Origin: the human T2T-CHM13v2.0 reference genome, Homo sapiens
Reading direction: 5' to 3' (one strand)
NCBI RefSeq assembly: GCF_009914755.1
Contig: NC_060940.1
Length of the DNA stretch: 64,000 nucleotides
Shown here: one piece after another, positions 18,613-37,830 of the stretch
Layout: the number at the start of each line of letters is the position of its first letter
Position numbering within the stretch: the first letter of the stretch is position 1
Position numbers and translations under genes: made by a program
Notes under the pieces: generated by a model
Seen by the model: only the letters and a program-made list of their open reading frames with translations
What the model was told of the DNA's origin: nothing
Database searches by the model: none

Positions 18613-21600
18613 CAATGCCTGGCCATGTCTTTTTGTGAGGTTCAGATTGATCAACAGATACAGGTTGTCAACCTGATCCACCCTCTATAAAGTTCTCTTT
18701 CCCTAATGGTTGCAGCAGTCATCGATGTTCACTGTCTAGAACCTTTATTTCATTAGTGGTTACAAAATACTGATATTCTATCACTTTCTTCATGTATTGG
18801 TTGGAATACTTTTATAAAGAAATTCCTCAGGTGATTCCAAAGTGGTTCCAAGGTTGATTAGGGAAAAAACAGTAGATGGCCTAGGACTGATCCCTGGGTA
18901 ACTCTGACATTCTAAAGTTTGAGCATGAGAGGAAAAGCTGGCCAAGATGACTGAGAAAGCAAGCCAGTAAGACACCAGCTGAACAGTGGTGTCCCAGAAG
19001 CTGAGAGGAGAGGGTGTGAAGAAGATGGGAATGATCAAATACCTAGAATGTCAAGACGTTAAGCAAGATGAGATCAGAGGCAGGATGAGATCAGTGAAAC
19101 GTTGACTGAATACAAGAACATGGAAGTCTTTGAGCATAATTTCAGAGATGAGGTCAGGGTAGAAGAGTTACTGAGACACCAGGAAGTATAGACTGTGATT
19201 ATATATAACTCTTTCAAGAAGTTCTGCTGTGAAAAGGAAGCACTGAAAATGAAACCAGCCATCTCCTAATTATTGTAGATTGGGCTGTTAGTCCCTTCAC
19301 CCTCTAGTGGAGTCTTTTGTTGTTGTTGTTGTTGTTGTTGTAATGAACTTAAGCATGCCTCTACTCGATTGAAAAAACCTCTGCTGGCTCCCTTTTAGCC
19401 CTCAAAAAGAAGTCCTGAACGTGGTACTATAAATAGATTCATAATCTGGCCCTATTGCGCCTCTCCTGCCTCAGAGCCGTTGTACCTAAACTCTCAATTT
19501 CACAAGCTCTTTCAAACCTCCATGTAACTTGTTAGTCAAGCTGCCAGAAGTGCCTTCCACCTTTTCCACCTGGTAAGCTTATAGTTCTATTCCATGACTC
19601 GGCTCCAATATCATCCTCACCAGTACCATGCCAAGCATTTACACATCATTCCCTTCTGTACCTCCCGCAGTGTTGATTCTTTCAAGCCAGAAATGTGGAA
19701 GTCAGCCTTGACTTCTCTCACCTCACTTACATCTTCTCATCTCTGATATCCACTCGACCACCAAGTCCAGCCATTGTACTTTCTCAGTAAGCCTCCATCC
19801 GTCCTCTCTATATCCCCACTCTAGTCCTCTCTCTTGCGTCTTAACTGGTCTACCAATTCCATCTCCCACCATTTGTTTTCTACACAGAAGCCACAATGAA
19901 CCCCTGAAAACACAAAGCAGCACTTTAGGGGACTGAGGTGGGAGGACTGCTTGAGCCCAGGAGTTCGAGACCAGCTTGGGCAACACAACGAGACCCCCAT
20001 CTCTACAGAAAAATGTTGTTAAAAAACTAGCTGGCTAGTGGTGGCACATGCCTATAATCCCAGCTGATCCAGAGGCTGAGGCAAGAGGATGCCTTGAGCC
20101 CCACAGTTCGAGCCTGCATTGAATCACATGATTGCACCACTGTACTCCAGCCTAGGCAACAGAATAATACCGTGTTTCCAAAAAAACAAAAACACAAAAC
20201 ACAAAACTAGTCATATTCACCCAAGAATAAAAATCCTTCAGTGGCTTCCCACTGCTCTTAAAGACAAAAATGACTAACCAGCTAACAAATCCCCGCACTG
20301 TCTGGCCCCTGCCAGCCTCTCTAATCTCATTTCCTAGGTCTCTCTCAGCACTGTCTGTGTTCCAGCCATGCTGGCCTTTCAGCTCCTTAAACACACTGAG
20401 CTCCCAAATCTTTTCCCTTCCCCACCCCTGCCTCCCCTTTCACACAGCTAACCCAAGTTCAAATGTCATTATTCCAGTAAATAACCCTAGAACAGCAACT
20501 TGACCTAATTTTAGGACACTCTGTAATTCATCACAGCACTCACTGCTATTTCCAATCATGCAGACATCTGTGCGTGATTATTTCATCAAGGCTCATCTCC
20601 CACCTTTAGACTGACAGCTCCCTGATGATGGTGTGTCTCATGCACCAGACATACCCCATCCTTGACTAAGGACCTGGCACTCAAATATTCATTGAATCAA
20701 CGAACAAATGAAATCCCTCATAATTTGACCTTCACTGGGCACTGATCCAAATCTCAGCCCTCCAAATGAAGTGTAAATTTAACCAGGCTCCTCCTCAAAT
20801 AATACTACCAAATAACATTCCAGATACTTATTTTTCCACGAACTTCTATGCCCATAGAGATTAGCTCCCTGATTCCTAATTTCCTAAACTTATCAGTTAT
20901 CACTTTATCTTCAAATGCTTCAATTGACAGATTTTTTTTAATGAGAAAAATAGAAGGGAGTTATTTTGGTTCTGGACAGAAACCGGTTCTTTAGATTCAT
21001 TCTGCTTGGCCCAATACTGAACATCTAGGGTTAAATGTTCTTGCATACAATTAGAAACTGTCCGTAAGATGTTGGCAGCAGGGCCTGAAACACTCTGCTT
21101 CTTTGCAGAGCATTCGAGTTAAGCTCAGCAAAACCACGTTAACTCACTAATGGTATAGAAAATAGAAAGTACTTTTTATACTACAAAACACCAAGCAATA
21201 TTATTTACATTATGGTCATTATATATTGCTCAGTCTTCTAGTTCCTGAAGGAATATGGGTCTATTTTTAAATAGCTACAAGTAAGCCTTCTTTGGCAAAG
21301 ATACAAAATAACTATCTATATCAGGAACTATCCAATAAAAGATTGATCTGAAAAATTGTTGAAATCATACCCACTGATCCAGGTATGGGCTTTCTTTCCC
21401 AAGGAAGGGACAAGGGGTCCACTTGTGCAGTGGAAATAACTATGGCAAAAAAGACTCACAGGCAGGAATACATCCCCTAAGGATCCTAGAAGCAGCCTAA
21501 GAAAACACTTGCTTTGACCAGACATATGCTTGAAAAAAATGTGTATTCGTCTTTTAGCAGTACACACACCATAGTATATAACCTTCTTCACTGTCTTTCT

Positions 21601-21764
21601 CTTCTTCTACTTTCTGTACTCTTGTATTGAAATATACCGACCATAAGCCTTAACATCCACAACTTTTAAGTCAGTTTATAAATATATACAAACCCAATTA
21701 AGAATCCCCTACTTTTGTTAACATTTGTGAAAACCAAGTAAAAGATAAACAGGAATTCTTTATA

Positions 21765-22243
21765 CACTTGACCCTTGAAGAACACAGGTCTGAATTTTGT
21801 GGGGTCCACTGATAATTTACACTGAGTGTGCCAGCATCTCCTGCCTCCCTTTCCACCTCTCCTCCACCTGTTTTGCCTCTGCCGCCCCTGAGGCAGCAAG
21901 ACCAATCCCTCTTCTTCCTCTTCCTCCTCTGGTGAAGATGATGAGGATAAAGACCTTTATGATGATCCACTTCCACTTAATGAGTAGTAAATACATTTTC
22001 TCTTCCTTATGAATTTCTTAACATTTCCTTTTTTCTAGCACTTTATTATAAGATAATACACATAACATAGAAAATATGTCCTAATCAACTATTTATGTTA
22101 ATGGTAAGGCTTCTTTTCTGGTCAACAGTAAGTTATTAGTAGTTAAGTTTTGGGGGAGTCAAATGTTATACTCAGATTTTTGACTATGTAGGGGTGGGGG
22201 GAGATAGGCACCCCTAACCCCCACATCATTCAAGAGTCAACTA
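21765..22243 (+). mobile_element. Tigger2a-type MITE
   Basis: TIRs cacttgacccttgaa / ttcaagagtcaacta flanked by TA. Confidence 0.8.
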
Positions 22244-22295
22244 TACTAGTTTTGTCAGCTTTTCTATAAGTTTGAAATTATCATAAAATGATTTA

Positions 22296-22694
<399 letters not shown>

Positions 22695-22796
22695 TTACAG
22701 TTGAGTTTTAAATCTGGGTCTAACACAGACCAGAATTACTTCATTTCATCCAAAGTTTCTGGCCACAAGGTTATTTTTCTCAACTTCTTTTCCTAC

Positions 22797-23005
22797 CTGA
22801 CATGCTCAATTGCAAGGGCTGTCTGGTCAAACACTCCTGAATCATCAAACACCACCCACAGCTCCTGCAGGGGCAACCGATGCTCCTTCAGATCAAGGAG
22901 CTCCTTCATGCACTCCATGGTAAAAGTGCTCACTTGAGAGTCACAGAGGTATGGTTCAGCAAGCCTCACCACTGCCTTCAAGGCTGCAAAGTCCACATCT
23001 GTGAT
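22797..23005 (-). CDS. SHCBP1: SHCBP1 coding exon 4 (ITDVDFAALKAVV...AIEHVR, 209 nt)
   Basis: Overlaps ORF 22793..22996; acceptor ttcag| and donor |gtagga. Confidence 0.97.
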
Positions 23006-24483
23006 CTGAAATTTAAAATAATGTGACTTAACACATGGAAATCAAAATGAAGATACACCTATAAGACACTACTGACAACCTGATTTTTTTAAAAGCATAC
23101 AACATGGGTGGGGAGGCTTTACCCATAATATAAAGGATGAACAAGACAGGCTGCCTCTTACCCTCATGGAGCTTACACTGTAATCAGGGAGATCAACAAA
23201 CACAATGATAACCAGTAGGTGACAGAGAATAACTAGCAGGGGTGGGGATCTTGTTCTGCTGAGATGGGCAAGGAAGTCAGCTCTGAGCCAGGCTGAGGAG
23301 GATGAGAAGGAAGCGGCCATCTGAAGAGCTGGGAAAGCACAGAAGGCCTGTGGCAGAGACAGGCTTGGCAGCTGGAGGAGCGGAAAGGCAGTCCTTCTTG
23401 CTGGAGCCAAAGGGAGGAAATGGAGGAGGGGGGCGGTGTGCAGTGGAGCAGCAAGATATGAGGTGAGAAAGAGAGGCAACGAGACCAGGACATGAAGGAC
23501 ATCTGAAGGAGCTTGGATTTTAAGTGTTTTCTATACAATGAGAAGCCATAAAGCCAACACTAAGCCCTTGGTAAAGACAATATCTTAGGAGTTTTAAGCA
23601 GAGAAATGGCATGCTTCTGTTTTAAAACAATGACTTTCATTGTTTTCGGAGAACTGATTGGCGGGGGGGCACTTATCATAACCAAATGAATAGGCCTGAA
23701 CTTCAACCAAAAAATATTAGCACAATCCAAAATTTTAAAACTCACAAGCAATAGCTGCAATCCACTGCCTTGTACATAATCACTGTAGTATGTGATGCCA
23801 TTTTCTAAGGGAGCTGCAGCAACAACTTATATTCACACTCCCTGGTTTGACATTTTAGTTTACTAGGGCTTTTTGTGGTCAGTTAACAAACACTGAGAAA
23901 AATTCAAAGCTGTAATTAGAATGCAAATGTAATCTAAAAGGCCTAGTGAGAAGAAGAATAAGACTGTTTTTACATTCTGCAATGGGACACACTGTCAAGA
24001 GATTAACCACATATAAACAAATTTGCTAGGCAAAAACTGGGCTAGTTTAAAAATGCCTCTTAGCAGAGGTTGCAGTGAGCCGAGATCGTCCCACTGCACT
24101 CCAGCCTGAGCAACACAGTGAGACTTCATCTTAAAAAAAATAAATAAATAAAAATGCCTCTTAGGTTTGAGCTGCTTAACGAATTACAATTAAGAAGTTA
24201 AACACTTTTTTGAAACCATTAACTTCATAATTAGGCCTAATTTTTTAAGTGATCTCAAATACCTTCTTTTAATTAATTTGAACCAGTTTAATTCCCTGGT
24301 AACAACTCCTCAGTTGCCTTTAAAATTTGCAGAACACTTCCTACAACATGGCAATTGATGTGAAAAACATGCTATTTGAATCAGCTCATAAACTTTAATT
24401 AAAAATAAGCACTTTGGATATAACAGTCTGAAGTAAAGTGCTTAAAGCTAGAGACAAAGGTCTAATAACAAAATTAACCTTAC

Positions 24484-24599
24484 CTCAACCAGCACCTTGA
24501 ACACATTAGTGTGCCAGACTGCCCGCCATCCAGATGGCTCAAGGACCTTCTCCAAGAACTCAGCTGTGAATTCCTGTACCTCAGAGGCCTTGCAGTCAG
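24484..24599 (-). CDS. SHCBP1: SHCBP1 coding exon 3 (ADCKASEVQEF...FKVLVE, 116 nt)
   Basis: Acceptor tttgtag| and donor |gtaagg; cumulative 387 nt, phase 0. Confidence 0.96.
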
Positions 24600-24747
24600 C
24601 TACAAACAAATTAAACACAGGAAGAATTGAGAATGCATAAAGCAGAGGGAAGTTAATAAATCCACTTTCTCAGAAACAACTGGCAATCTGAGGGACTGAA
24701 ATAGATAATCTACTTGCAAACTAAAAAGATAAAAGATGCAAAAAACC

Positions 24748-25050
<303 letters not shown>

Positions 25051-25054
25051 TCAC

Positions 25055-25222
25055 CTAAAATGTAATCTTGATAGGCTCTGAATCGCTCATAGAACAAAAG
25101 TTGATTTGTTTGGAAAATTTCTGGGAAAAAGGTTTTTCCTTCTGGCATAAAACTTTGTAAACTAGAACCTGGTTTATCACGGTAGCTACAATCACTGCAT
25201 GAATCTTCATCTTGGAACAAAC
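25055..25222 (-). CDS. SHCBP1: SHCBP1 coding exon 2 (GLFQDEDSCSDCSY...YQDYIL, 168 nt)
   Basis: Acceptor ttttag| and donor |gtgagt; phase continuous with exons 1 and 3. Confidence 0.96.
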   Translation of the reverse strand, partial: VCSKMKIHAVIVATVINQVLVYKVLCQKEKPFSQKFSKQINFCSMSDSEPIKITF

Positions 25223-26602
25223 CTAAAAAAAAAAAGCAAAAATAAGCAAGCTCCAGTGCCTTATTTGAATGCTTCTATTTTCATATCCTTGCATAGAAAT
25301 CCCAAACAAAATACAAACAAGAATTTGAATATGAATAGTCTACTTACCTCTACCATTGTGAGAAGAAACTAGTTTTCCAAACTTAAAAATATTTCAAAAT
25401 CCAAATTCTACTTCAAAACAATAAGCGCTTAAGATCTTTCACAGTTAGATTTTTGTTGTTGTTCTGTGAGGTTTTGGGGAGAAGTAGAAGGCTGTTTTTG
25501 TTTTTGTTTTAGAAACGGTCTCACTCTGTCACCTAGGCTGGAGTGCAGTGGTGCGATCATAGCTCACCGCAACCTCAAACTCCTGGACTCAAGCTACCCT
25601 CCTGTCTCAGCCTCCTGAGTAACTAGGACTACAGACATGCACCACCACATCCAGCTGGAAGACAGTTGATTTTTAATTCAGTGGAAATCACTCAAGATCT
25701 CCTACAAAGCATACAGCCTGTGATTTATACTACAGTTAGCCAGTGATAATAATCAAGTATCTTAGTTATTTATTTTCCAAAGCAATTCCATAAAGCTCCT
25801 TTAAGAAAGGGAGCTGACTTCCTCTCAGATGGGTTAAGCCCTCCCTTTATTTCCTACAATATCAGTCTGTCAATCGCCCCTCAATAAACAGGGACGAGAG
25901 TCTTAATAATCCATAAGGTTTACTTCAGTAAGGTTATTAGATTCCTCCTCACTAATTTCAATGACTGTGTCTAAGGAAAAGATCAGAAAATGCAAATCAC
26001 ATTAGGTTTGGGCTGTATATAATGTTTCATAAGGTATGATTCAGCCAGTGGCATATCTAATTCTATGTAATGTTTTTAATAAATGAAACAACTACTAAAT
26101 AAGCAATGCTAAAAAGGGTAGCATTTAGAATGTAGAGTAGTCTCCAGAAGTGGTTTCAGGGAAGGTATCTGAGCTGTTAGCAGATACCTTTTTTCTCCCT
26201 CCCCCTTGATTTTCTCCTTCCCTTTCCCCCTTCCTTCCATTTCTTTGTCCCTGTTCAGGCCACCAGAAGTACTTGACCCACAGATGACCAAAGTGTACTC
26301 AAGGGTCTACTGCTCACAAACACTGATGCACATGAACCTTAGAAGGCATCAGTACCTTACTGGTTATGTGACAATGCCTCAGCTTCCTCACCTATAAAGG
26401 GAAGATAATAGTACATCCACTTCAATTAAGAAGATTAATTGTTAATAATTTACAACAGTGCCTATTACATAATGTATATGTTTGTTAAAGAAATAGTAGT
26501 ACTTCAGCACCATTCTTTTTTTTTCCAGCACCATTCTTTATAGCTTTATGGAGGTATAATTAACATATAGAAGTTATATACATTTAAAGTGTATAACCTG
26601 AT

Positions 26603-26915
26603 GGCCAGGCACGGTGGCTCACACCTGTAATCTCAGCACTTTGGGAGGCCGAGATGGGCGGATCACCTGAGGTTAGGAGCTCGACACCAGCCTGGCCAAC
26701 AGGGTGAAACCCCGTCTCTACTAAAAATACAAAAATTAGCTGGGTGTGGTGGCGGGCGCCTATAATCCCAGCTACTTGGGAGGCTGAGGCAGGAGAATCA
26801 TTTGAACCCGGGAGGCAGAGGTTGCAGTGAGCTGACATTGTGTGCCACTGCACTCCAGCCTGGGCAACAGAGTGAGACTCTGCCTCAAAAAAAATAAAAT
26901 AAAATAAAAAATAAA
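26603..26915 (+). mobile_element. AluS inserted in an old L1M 3' fragment
   Basis: Alu consensus; TSD-like TAAAGTGTATAAC. Confidence 0.9.
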
Positions 26916-27849
26916 GTGTGTAACATGATGTTTTGATATACCTATACATTATGAAATGATTACCACAGTAAAGTGAATTAATATTTCCATCACCTCGCAT
27001 AGTTACCTTTTGTGTGTGTGTGGTGTGAACACTTATGATCTACTCTGTTAGCAAATTTCAAGTACAAAATTTGTGTCGCATTGCACCATCACGTCATTGC
27101 CTATTAATACTGTAATAATAATACAGTATTATTAACTATAGTCACCATGCTGTATGTACATCAGATCCCCAGAACTATTCACACTGCATAACTGAAACTT
27201 TGGACCCTTTGCCCAGCATCTCCCCATTCCCCCAACCCACTGGCAACTACCACTCTACTCTCTTTCTGAAACTTCCTCTTTTTTAGATTCCCAATATAAG
27301 CGATGCCATGCAGTATTTATTTTTGCAGCCACTTTAAAAACTTTATTTCACTTCAACTTCACCACAAGTACAACCATTGGCATAGTCTTCCAGATGGGAA
27401 AACTGAAGCCAAGTGACTTTTGCCAGTTGGATAGGTGGGTTAATAGTGGAATTGTCACACTTATGTTTTCTCACTTTGTTGGGACTCTCTGCTACACAAT
27501 ACAACCGAAAGTGTTAACGTAAAAACATGAACCAGCTTAAAATATCAGAAAAAAAAAATAGTAATGAAACTCTATGAGGAGGAAGAAAGGGCAGAGAACT
27601 AGAAGACTCCGGTTCTATTTCTGGACTCCGGCCCAAGTTGGCGCTCCTCACTTTGGACACGTCACTACCCTCCGTGCACAGGACAGCCATCTAAGCCAAG
27701 GGTTCAAGCTTTTCTCTTCTTCGGAAAAGGGAAGTGTGGTTCGTGATCTCCTTTGAGATGCAGATGAAAAAATGGCCCCTTGAGCAACAGTAAATGCACA
27801 GTTCCCGCAAAACCCATCCAGATAGGGAATTCCTGGCCCAATCCAGCTC

Positions 27850-28380
27850 CCTCCAACCTCGGGGCGGGCGGAGGCCAGAGAGTGCAGGGAGAGTGGGAGA
27901 TGCGGATAGGGAAGAGAGGGAGTCCCCCACCCCTGGGTACCGCCCGACTTTGAGGTCCCGTCACTGGGTCCCGGCCGCGCACCGCCGTTCCCGCCACCCT
28001 GGACAGACGGGTCCGGAAGGCCCGCGACCCAGGCGCCCTCCTAGGGTCCCGACGCCCCAGGCCTCCGCTCAGAGGCGGCTCCTCGGCCCCGGCATGGAGA
28101 GCTCACCTTTCTCCAGAGACGCCAGCTCCTGCTCCACCGCCCAGCCCGTGCGCTCCGGCGCCATGGCCGCTGCCTCCAGACCGCCGCCCGTCAGCGACCC
28201 GTCAGCCATTTCAAATTTCCGCGGACGGCAGCCCAGGCAACGACGTGATGACGCAGGCTCTGCTGATTTGATAGTCGGGCCGAGGCCGTGGACCAATTAG
28301 AGTCCGGCCCCGCTCCAGCCCCCACCAACACTGCCCCCTCGCCCCAGGCTGACAGCTGTTCTTGTTCAAGTGCCCGGCCT
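27850..28380 (-). promoter_or_regulatory. SHCBP1 CpG-island promoter with CHR (TTTGAA, 28210-28215), upstream GC-rich CDE-like element, CRE/ATF-like sites (28240-28255) and CCAAT box (28293-28297)
   Basis: High CpG density. The minus strand reads CCGCGGAAATTTGAAATG; ACGACGTGATGACGCA and GACCAAT are seen on the plus strand. Confidence 0.8.
28107..28209 (-). CDS. SHCBP1: SHCBP1 coding exon 1 (MADGSLTGGG...SLEK/G, 103 nt)
   Basis: ATG at 28209; translation matches the recalled SHCBP1 N-terminus; donor AG|GTGAG at 28106; lies in a CpG island. Confidence 0.97.
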
Positions 28381-28673
28381 TTGCTTTTCTGGGATGAACT
28401 TGAAGAAAGTCGAATTGGAATATAATTTGGAATGATTTTCGAAAAAAACGAACGAGCAATGCCTGGAAATGAGATATAGTGGAAAAGTCACTGGGTTGAG
28501 AGTCAAAAAACATAGTATTTAAACTTACCTGGGCTATTCCTAGTGGTATTGCCTTGGGCAAGTCATTTCACCTCCCACAAGCACAACTTCAACTGAAAAG
28601 GATGCTGGCCTACGTGGGCCCAAAACTTTCACCACCAAACACCAGTCTCTCTCTGTCTTTCAATACACACACA

Positions 28674-28718
<45 letters not shown>

Positions 28719-29591
28719 CATATTTTCAAAGAATGTCAAATTAAATTTAGTAAGTAAATTTGTTAATTTGCATTAATCAAAGACAACTATAATCTCCATC
28801 ATAATGGCTAACATTTACTGCATATTGTGTGCAAGATACCCTCCTGCATGCGTTACCTGGATTGTTCTGTTTAATCTTCACAATGATCCTATGAGACGGG
28901 AGCTATTACTATACCCATTTTACAAATGAGCAAATGGAGTCACTAAGAAGTTAAGTCACTTCTCCAATCTAACCCAGCAAAGCCAGGATGTGAAACCAGC
29001 CAGACTCCATGAAGAAGCCTTTTAATGTCTCTGCCAGGCCATCACTACTAGAATGATGAGGTCAGCCCAAGATAGCCCAGGTAACCAGGACACCAAGTGG
29101 GATGCGTCCACAGGGGACCAAGAGCCTGGTCATGACAGTTCGTCTGTGCAGTCTTAATGCGGGGAAACATTTCCACTTATTGCTCTGAAGAAACACCTTG
29201 GGCTAAAGTCTCTCGGATCCCTTACAGCTGAAATAAAATGGAGCCAGGAGGGGTGACTGGAAAGCTGCACTTAATTGGGCTAACTTTTCCAGGAAGTAAG
29301 ATTTCTTTGACTTTTGTTTGCAGAATCTGACCTTACATTTATTTGCTCACTGAACAAATACATATTGAGCACCATGAGGTAAAAACACAGAAAACAATAA
29401 TCAAGACTATCAACAGGCCTTGAGGATGACGCTAGCTTTTTCATTATTCTCTTCTTCAACCTTGCCGCCCACAAACCTCACAAATGGCAGCATTTCTCCT
29501 CACCCATTTGCAGCATCACTGGAGACAACACAGTTCTCTTCTCATCCAATTATCAAATATTTCATCAACCATCAAGATATTACTCAAACCA

Positions 29592-34037
<4,446 letters not shown>

Positions 34038-34243
34038 CATAAATATAAATATATGTATATTACTCAAATTACTGCTTCTGGGAAAAGTCTTGGAAAGGAA
34101 CAGGAGGCAACAGGGTCAAAGACCAAATACCTATGCTTTTGCAAACTCCACTAAGAACAAACTATTAAATCAAATACGTTTGCCTGTTGTGGTGGCTCAC
34201 ACTTGTAATCCCAGCACTATGGGAAGCTGAAGAGGGCAGATCA

Positions 34244-34459
<216 letters not shown>

Positions 34460-36389
34460 TTAAAAAAAAAAATGCAGCACTGTGATAGAAAATGATGGGG
34501 GGAGACAAATTCAGACTTTAATGCAAAACACCTGATTTTAAACTTAGCAACTAACTTTTTAAAAATTTAAACACTATACAAGCCACAAAAACTTTATTTC
34601 TTAGGCCAAATTGTCCCATGGCCCACCAGATTGCAACCTCCATTCTGAGCCCAAACTACTCAGGGCACAGTGCAGGGACCAGGAGGAGTTTGTTGGAAAT
34701 GCAGTCTCTCCCACGCCAACCCCAGACCTGCTGGATAAGAATCTGTGTGTGGCAAGATCCCTAGTCCCCAAGTGACATCATTCACATTTGATGCAAAGCC
34801 CTTCTGAACTGACCTCTCTCCTGAGGCCTTATCGGTTTTCACATTCCTGCTGGAAAACTTGATGTAGGTTCTTGCCTGTGATTCACCTTCACTGTGCTGC
34901 AAAGCCGGATCCAAGCATAGCCCTTCCTCCAGCGCAGATGCCTCAGCTTCATCCTACTTCCCTTCCACAGCCTGTGTGGGCCCCCACCATCTCGCACTCC
35001 CGCTGCTGGGAGAGCCTCTCGGAAGTTGCCCTCTGAGAAGCCTCCACCTACCCTACCCCACCTCCAAAATGAAATGCTCCCCTCTCACTGTCCCTAATAC
35101 AGGAGTCGCAAACTTAAATGCCCCAAAAAGCTAGGCTGATACCAAGCAGAGAAGCGGCCACTGGTGTATGTGCAGTGGGGTGTGAACCCGGTGTTGCTAG
35201 GGTGGCCTTTCAAGAAAAGTCAGAAATCAAGATTTTTTGAGATATCTCCATATTAAAATGTGACCAACAGGCTGGGCGCAGTGGCTCACACCTGTAATCC
35301 TAGCACTTTGGGAGGCAGATTGCTTGAGGCCAGGAGTTCCAGACCAGCCTGGCCAACATGGCGAAACCCGTCTCTACTAAAATTACAAAAAAATTAGCTA
35401 GGTGTGGTGGCGGGCGCCTGTAATCCCAGCTACTTGGGAAGCTGAGGCACGATAATCGCTTTAACCTAGGAGGCTGAGGTTACAGTGAGCCAAGATCATG
35501 CCACTGCACTCCAGCCTGGACAACAGAGTGAGACTCTGTCTCATAAAGAAAAAAAAAAAGAAAATGTGACCAACAGGTTTCAAAAATGTTAAACACCATG
35601 CCAGCCAAATAAACCTATCTATAGACCACCAGTTTGCAATTTCTGAGACTTAGTCCACTTGTTATATTGTGTCAGAGTCTGTGAGTTCTTCCAAAGCAGG
35701 AAACATGTCCTGTTCCCTTTTGTATTGCTAGCACCTACAACTAAGCCCGACTTAGTAATGGGAAAAACTAAATAATATTGTTCTCTTCTATAGAATGTGA
35801 TATCACTATGTCATTAGCCAAATGGCTCAGGTTTAGAGTCAAGCACTGGGGGCCTGGACCATGAGCATCTGCACCCAGCTCCCGGCAGGAACCACAGATT
35901 CATCAGCAGTATCACTGCCTGAGTCAGGGTCGGTGAAGGCTGCCTGTATTTGGGGTCCTCTGCCTCCAAATCAGACTGTCAGCTTCCCCAAGAACAGAAC
36001 AGAATTTGCTATGGGCTTTTGATCCCCTGGGAGACGAGGGTCCCTCTATAAGTTGTTACTGGATCTTCATGTGAATGCTTTGAGAGCAGATATGGACCAG
36101 GACAGACAGTGCATATTCTAAACAGCAGAGAAAGGGAGGGAGGGAGCCCCAGTCCTAGGAGGGGTCCCATCGGGGTGAGGCTTGTCTCTCCATCTGCAGT
36201 TGTACAGAGCCTGGGTGGGCCTGAGTGTCTTCTGTAGGAGAAAAAGGTGGCCTACCTTGCCAAAGGCTGCAGGGAGAGGACAGACTCTCCAGATCTCCAA
36301 TCTGCCACTCTGATTGGAGAGTCTGGGGCTCCCCCCATGACGAAAACAAAAACAAAGAAGAGCCAGGCTGGAAATTTGGCTTGCGTTTT

Positions 36390-36403
36390 CCACTAGAGGG
36401 CAG
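36390..36403 (+). promoter_or_regulatory. CTCF core motif CCACTAGAGGGCAG
   Basis: Near-perfect match to the CTCF consensus; binding not shown. Confidence 0.65.
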
Positions 36404-37408
36404 CTTAAATTTTCCAAAGAAAATAAATCTTGTCCACTTCGTGAAGCATTGAGGAGTCCTTTCAGTTTTCTCTTGAGCGACCAGGCCCTGCATGAGGCCC
36501 CTGGGGATGAGAAGGGAATGAACTTAGCCCTTGCCTCATGGAGCTGGCAGTCGGGTGGGGAAGCAGCAAATGAAAAAGCAGACACCCAGCGAGGGGGCAG
36601 TCAGAACCTAGAAGAGTTGCCATCAAGGAGAAAGCTGCTGTCAGGAGACAGAATCTCAGGCAGGGCCTCTGCATGGAGGTCTTGGGAAGATCTCCCTGAG
36701 AAGAGGGCGTTGACTAGGAGTTTCAGGATAAGACGCAGGCAGCTGCTGGCCAGAGGTGGAGTGGGACAGATTCTGGAAGAACAGAGGTGGGAATTAAGGA
36801 GGGAGAGTGGGGATCCAGGAAGAGGGGAGCCCCAGCTCGAGAAGCCCTGAGACATGAGAGAGGGTGGGGTTCCAGAAACAGAACGGCATCCTTGAGGGCT
36901 CAGCATAGAGTGTGAGAGGGGGAGTGGCCAGAGATGACGTTCTGGGGTAACAAAGCCTCAAAGGCCTTTGAAAAAGTTCAGATTTTAATCTACATGTAAT
37001 GGGGTGCCATTGATTAGCTTCAAAGAAGAAAAGAGGTGACTTGACTGCTGCTCTGGCAAGAGCTATCTGGCTGTTGTGTGGAGGACACACTGCAGGACTT
37101 AGCATTTGGGAACATCTGCTTCCTAGCCACAACATTGTGTAAAACAAACAGGAACACCGCACATTGCACAGTGCTCTCTCGTTTACAAAAGGGGTTTCAT
37201 TGGATGCCCAGCCCCCCTCCTTCCCCTTCCCCAACTTTACTATGAGATGTTTTTAGCCTCAATTTATACTAGAGGAAATTTGTTTAGTGAGTTCTTACGA
37301 GGTGCCCAGAGTCAGAGGGATCAATATACGGAGGAGACTGGATTCAAACCAAGGTTGACCTGACTTCCAGCTGAGGGCTCTTTTAATTATGGCCTTGGCT
37401 CTATGGCC

Positions 37409-37411
<3 letters not shown>

Positions 37412-37478
<67 letters not shown>

Positions 37479-37830
37479 TACACACAAACACACACACATA
37501 ATGTGTGCAAATTTTTTATATGTTTATATGTATATAAATATAATATATAAAATATATACAAAAATGTGTATATATTTATATGTAAAATATATACAAAAAT
37601 GTGTATATATTTATATGTAAAATATATACCAAAATGTGTATATATTTATATGTAAAATATATACAAAAATGTGTATATATTTATATGTAAAATATATACC
37701 AAAATGTGTATATATTTATATGTAAAATATATACAAAAATGTGTATATATTTATATGTAAAATATATACAAAAATGTGTATATATTTATATGTAAAATAT
37801 ATACCAAAATGTGTATATATTTGTATATAT
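37412..37830. repeat. (TA)n(CA)n microsatellite followed by ~8 copies of a 35-bp AT-rich minisatellite
   Basis: Unit AAAATATATAC(A/C)AAAATGTGTATATATTTATATGT, 35-bp period from ~37549. Confidence 0.95.

Noticed and set aside
27794-28300. 168-aa antisense ORF over SHCBP1 exon 1
   Set aside because: CpG-island composition effect; no recognisable homology.
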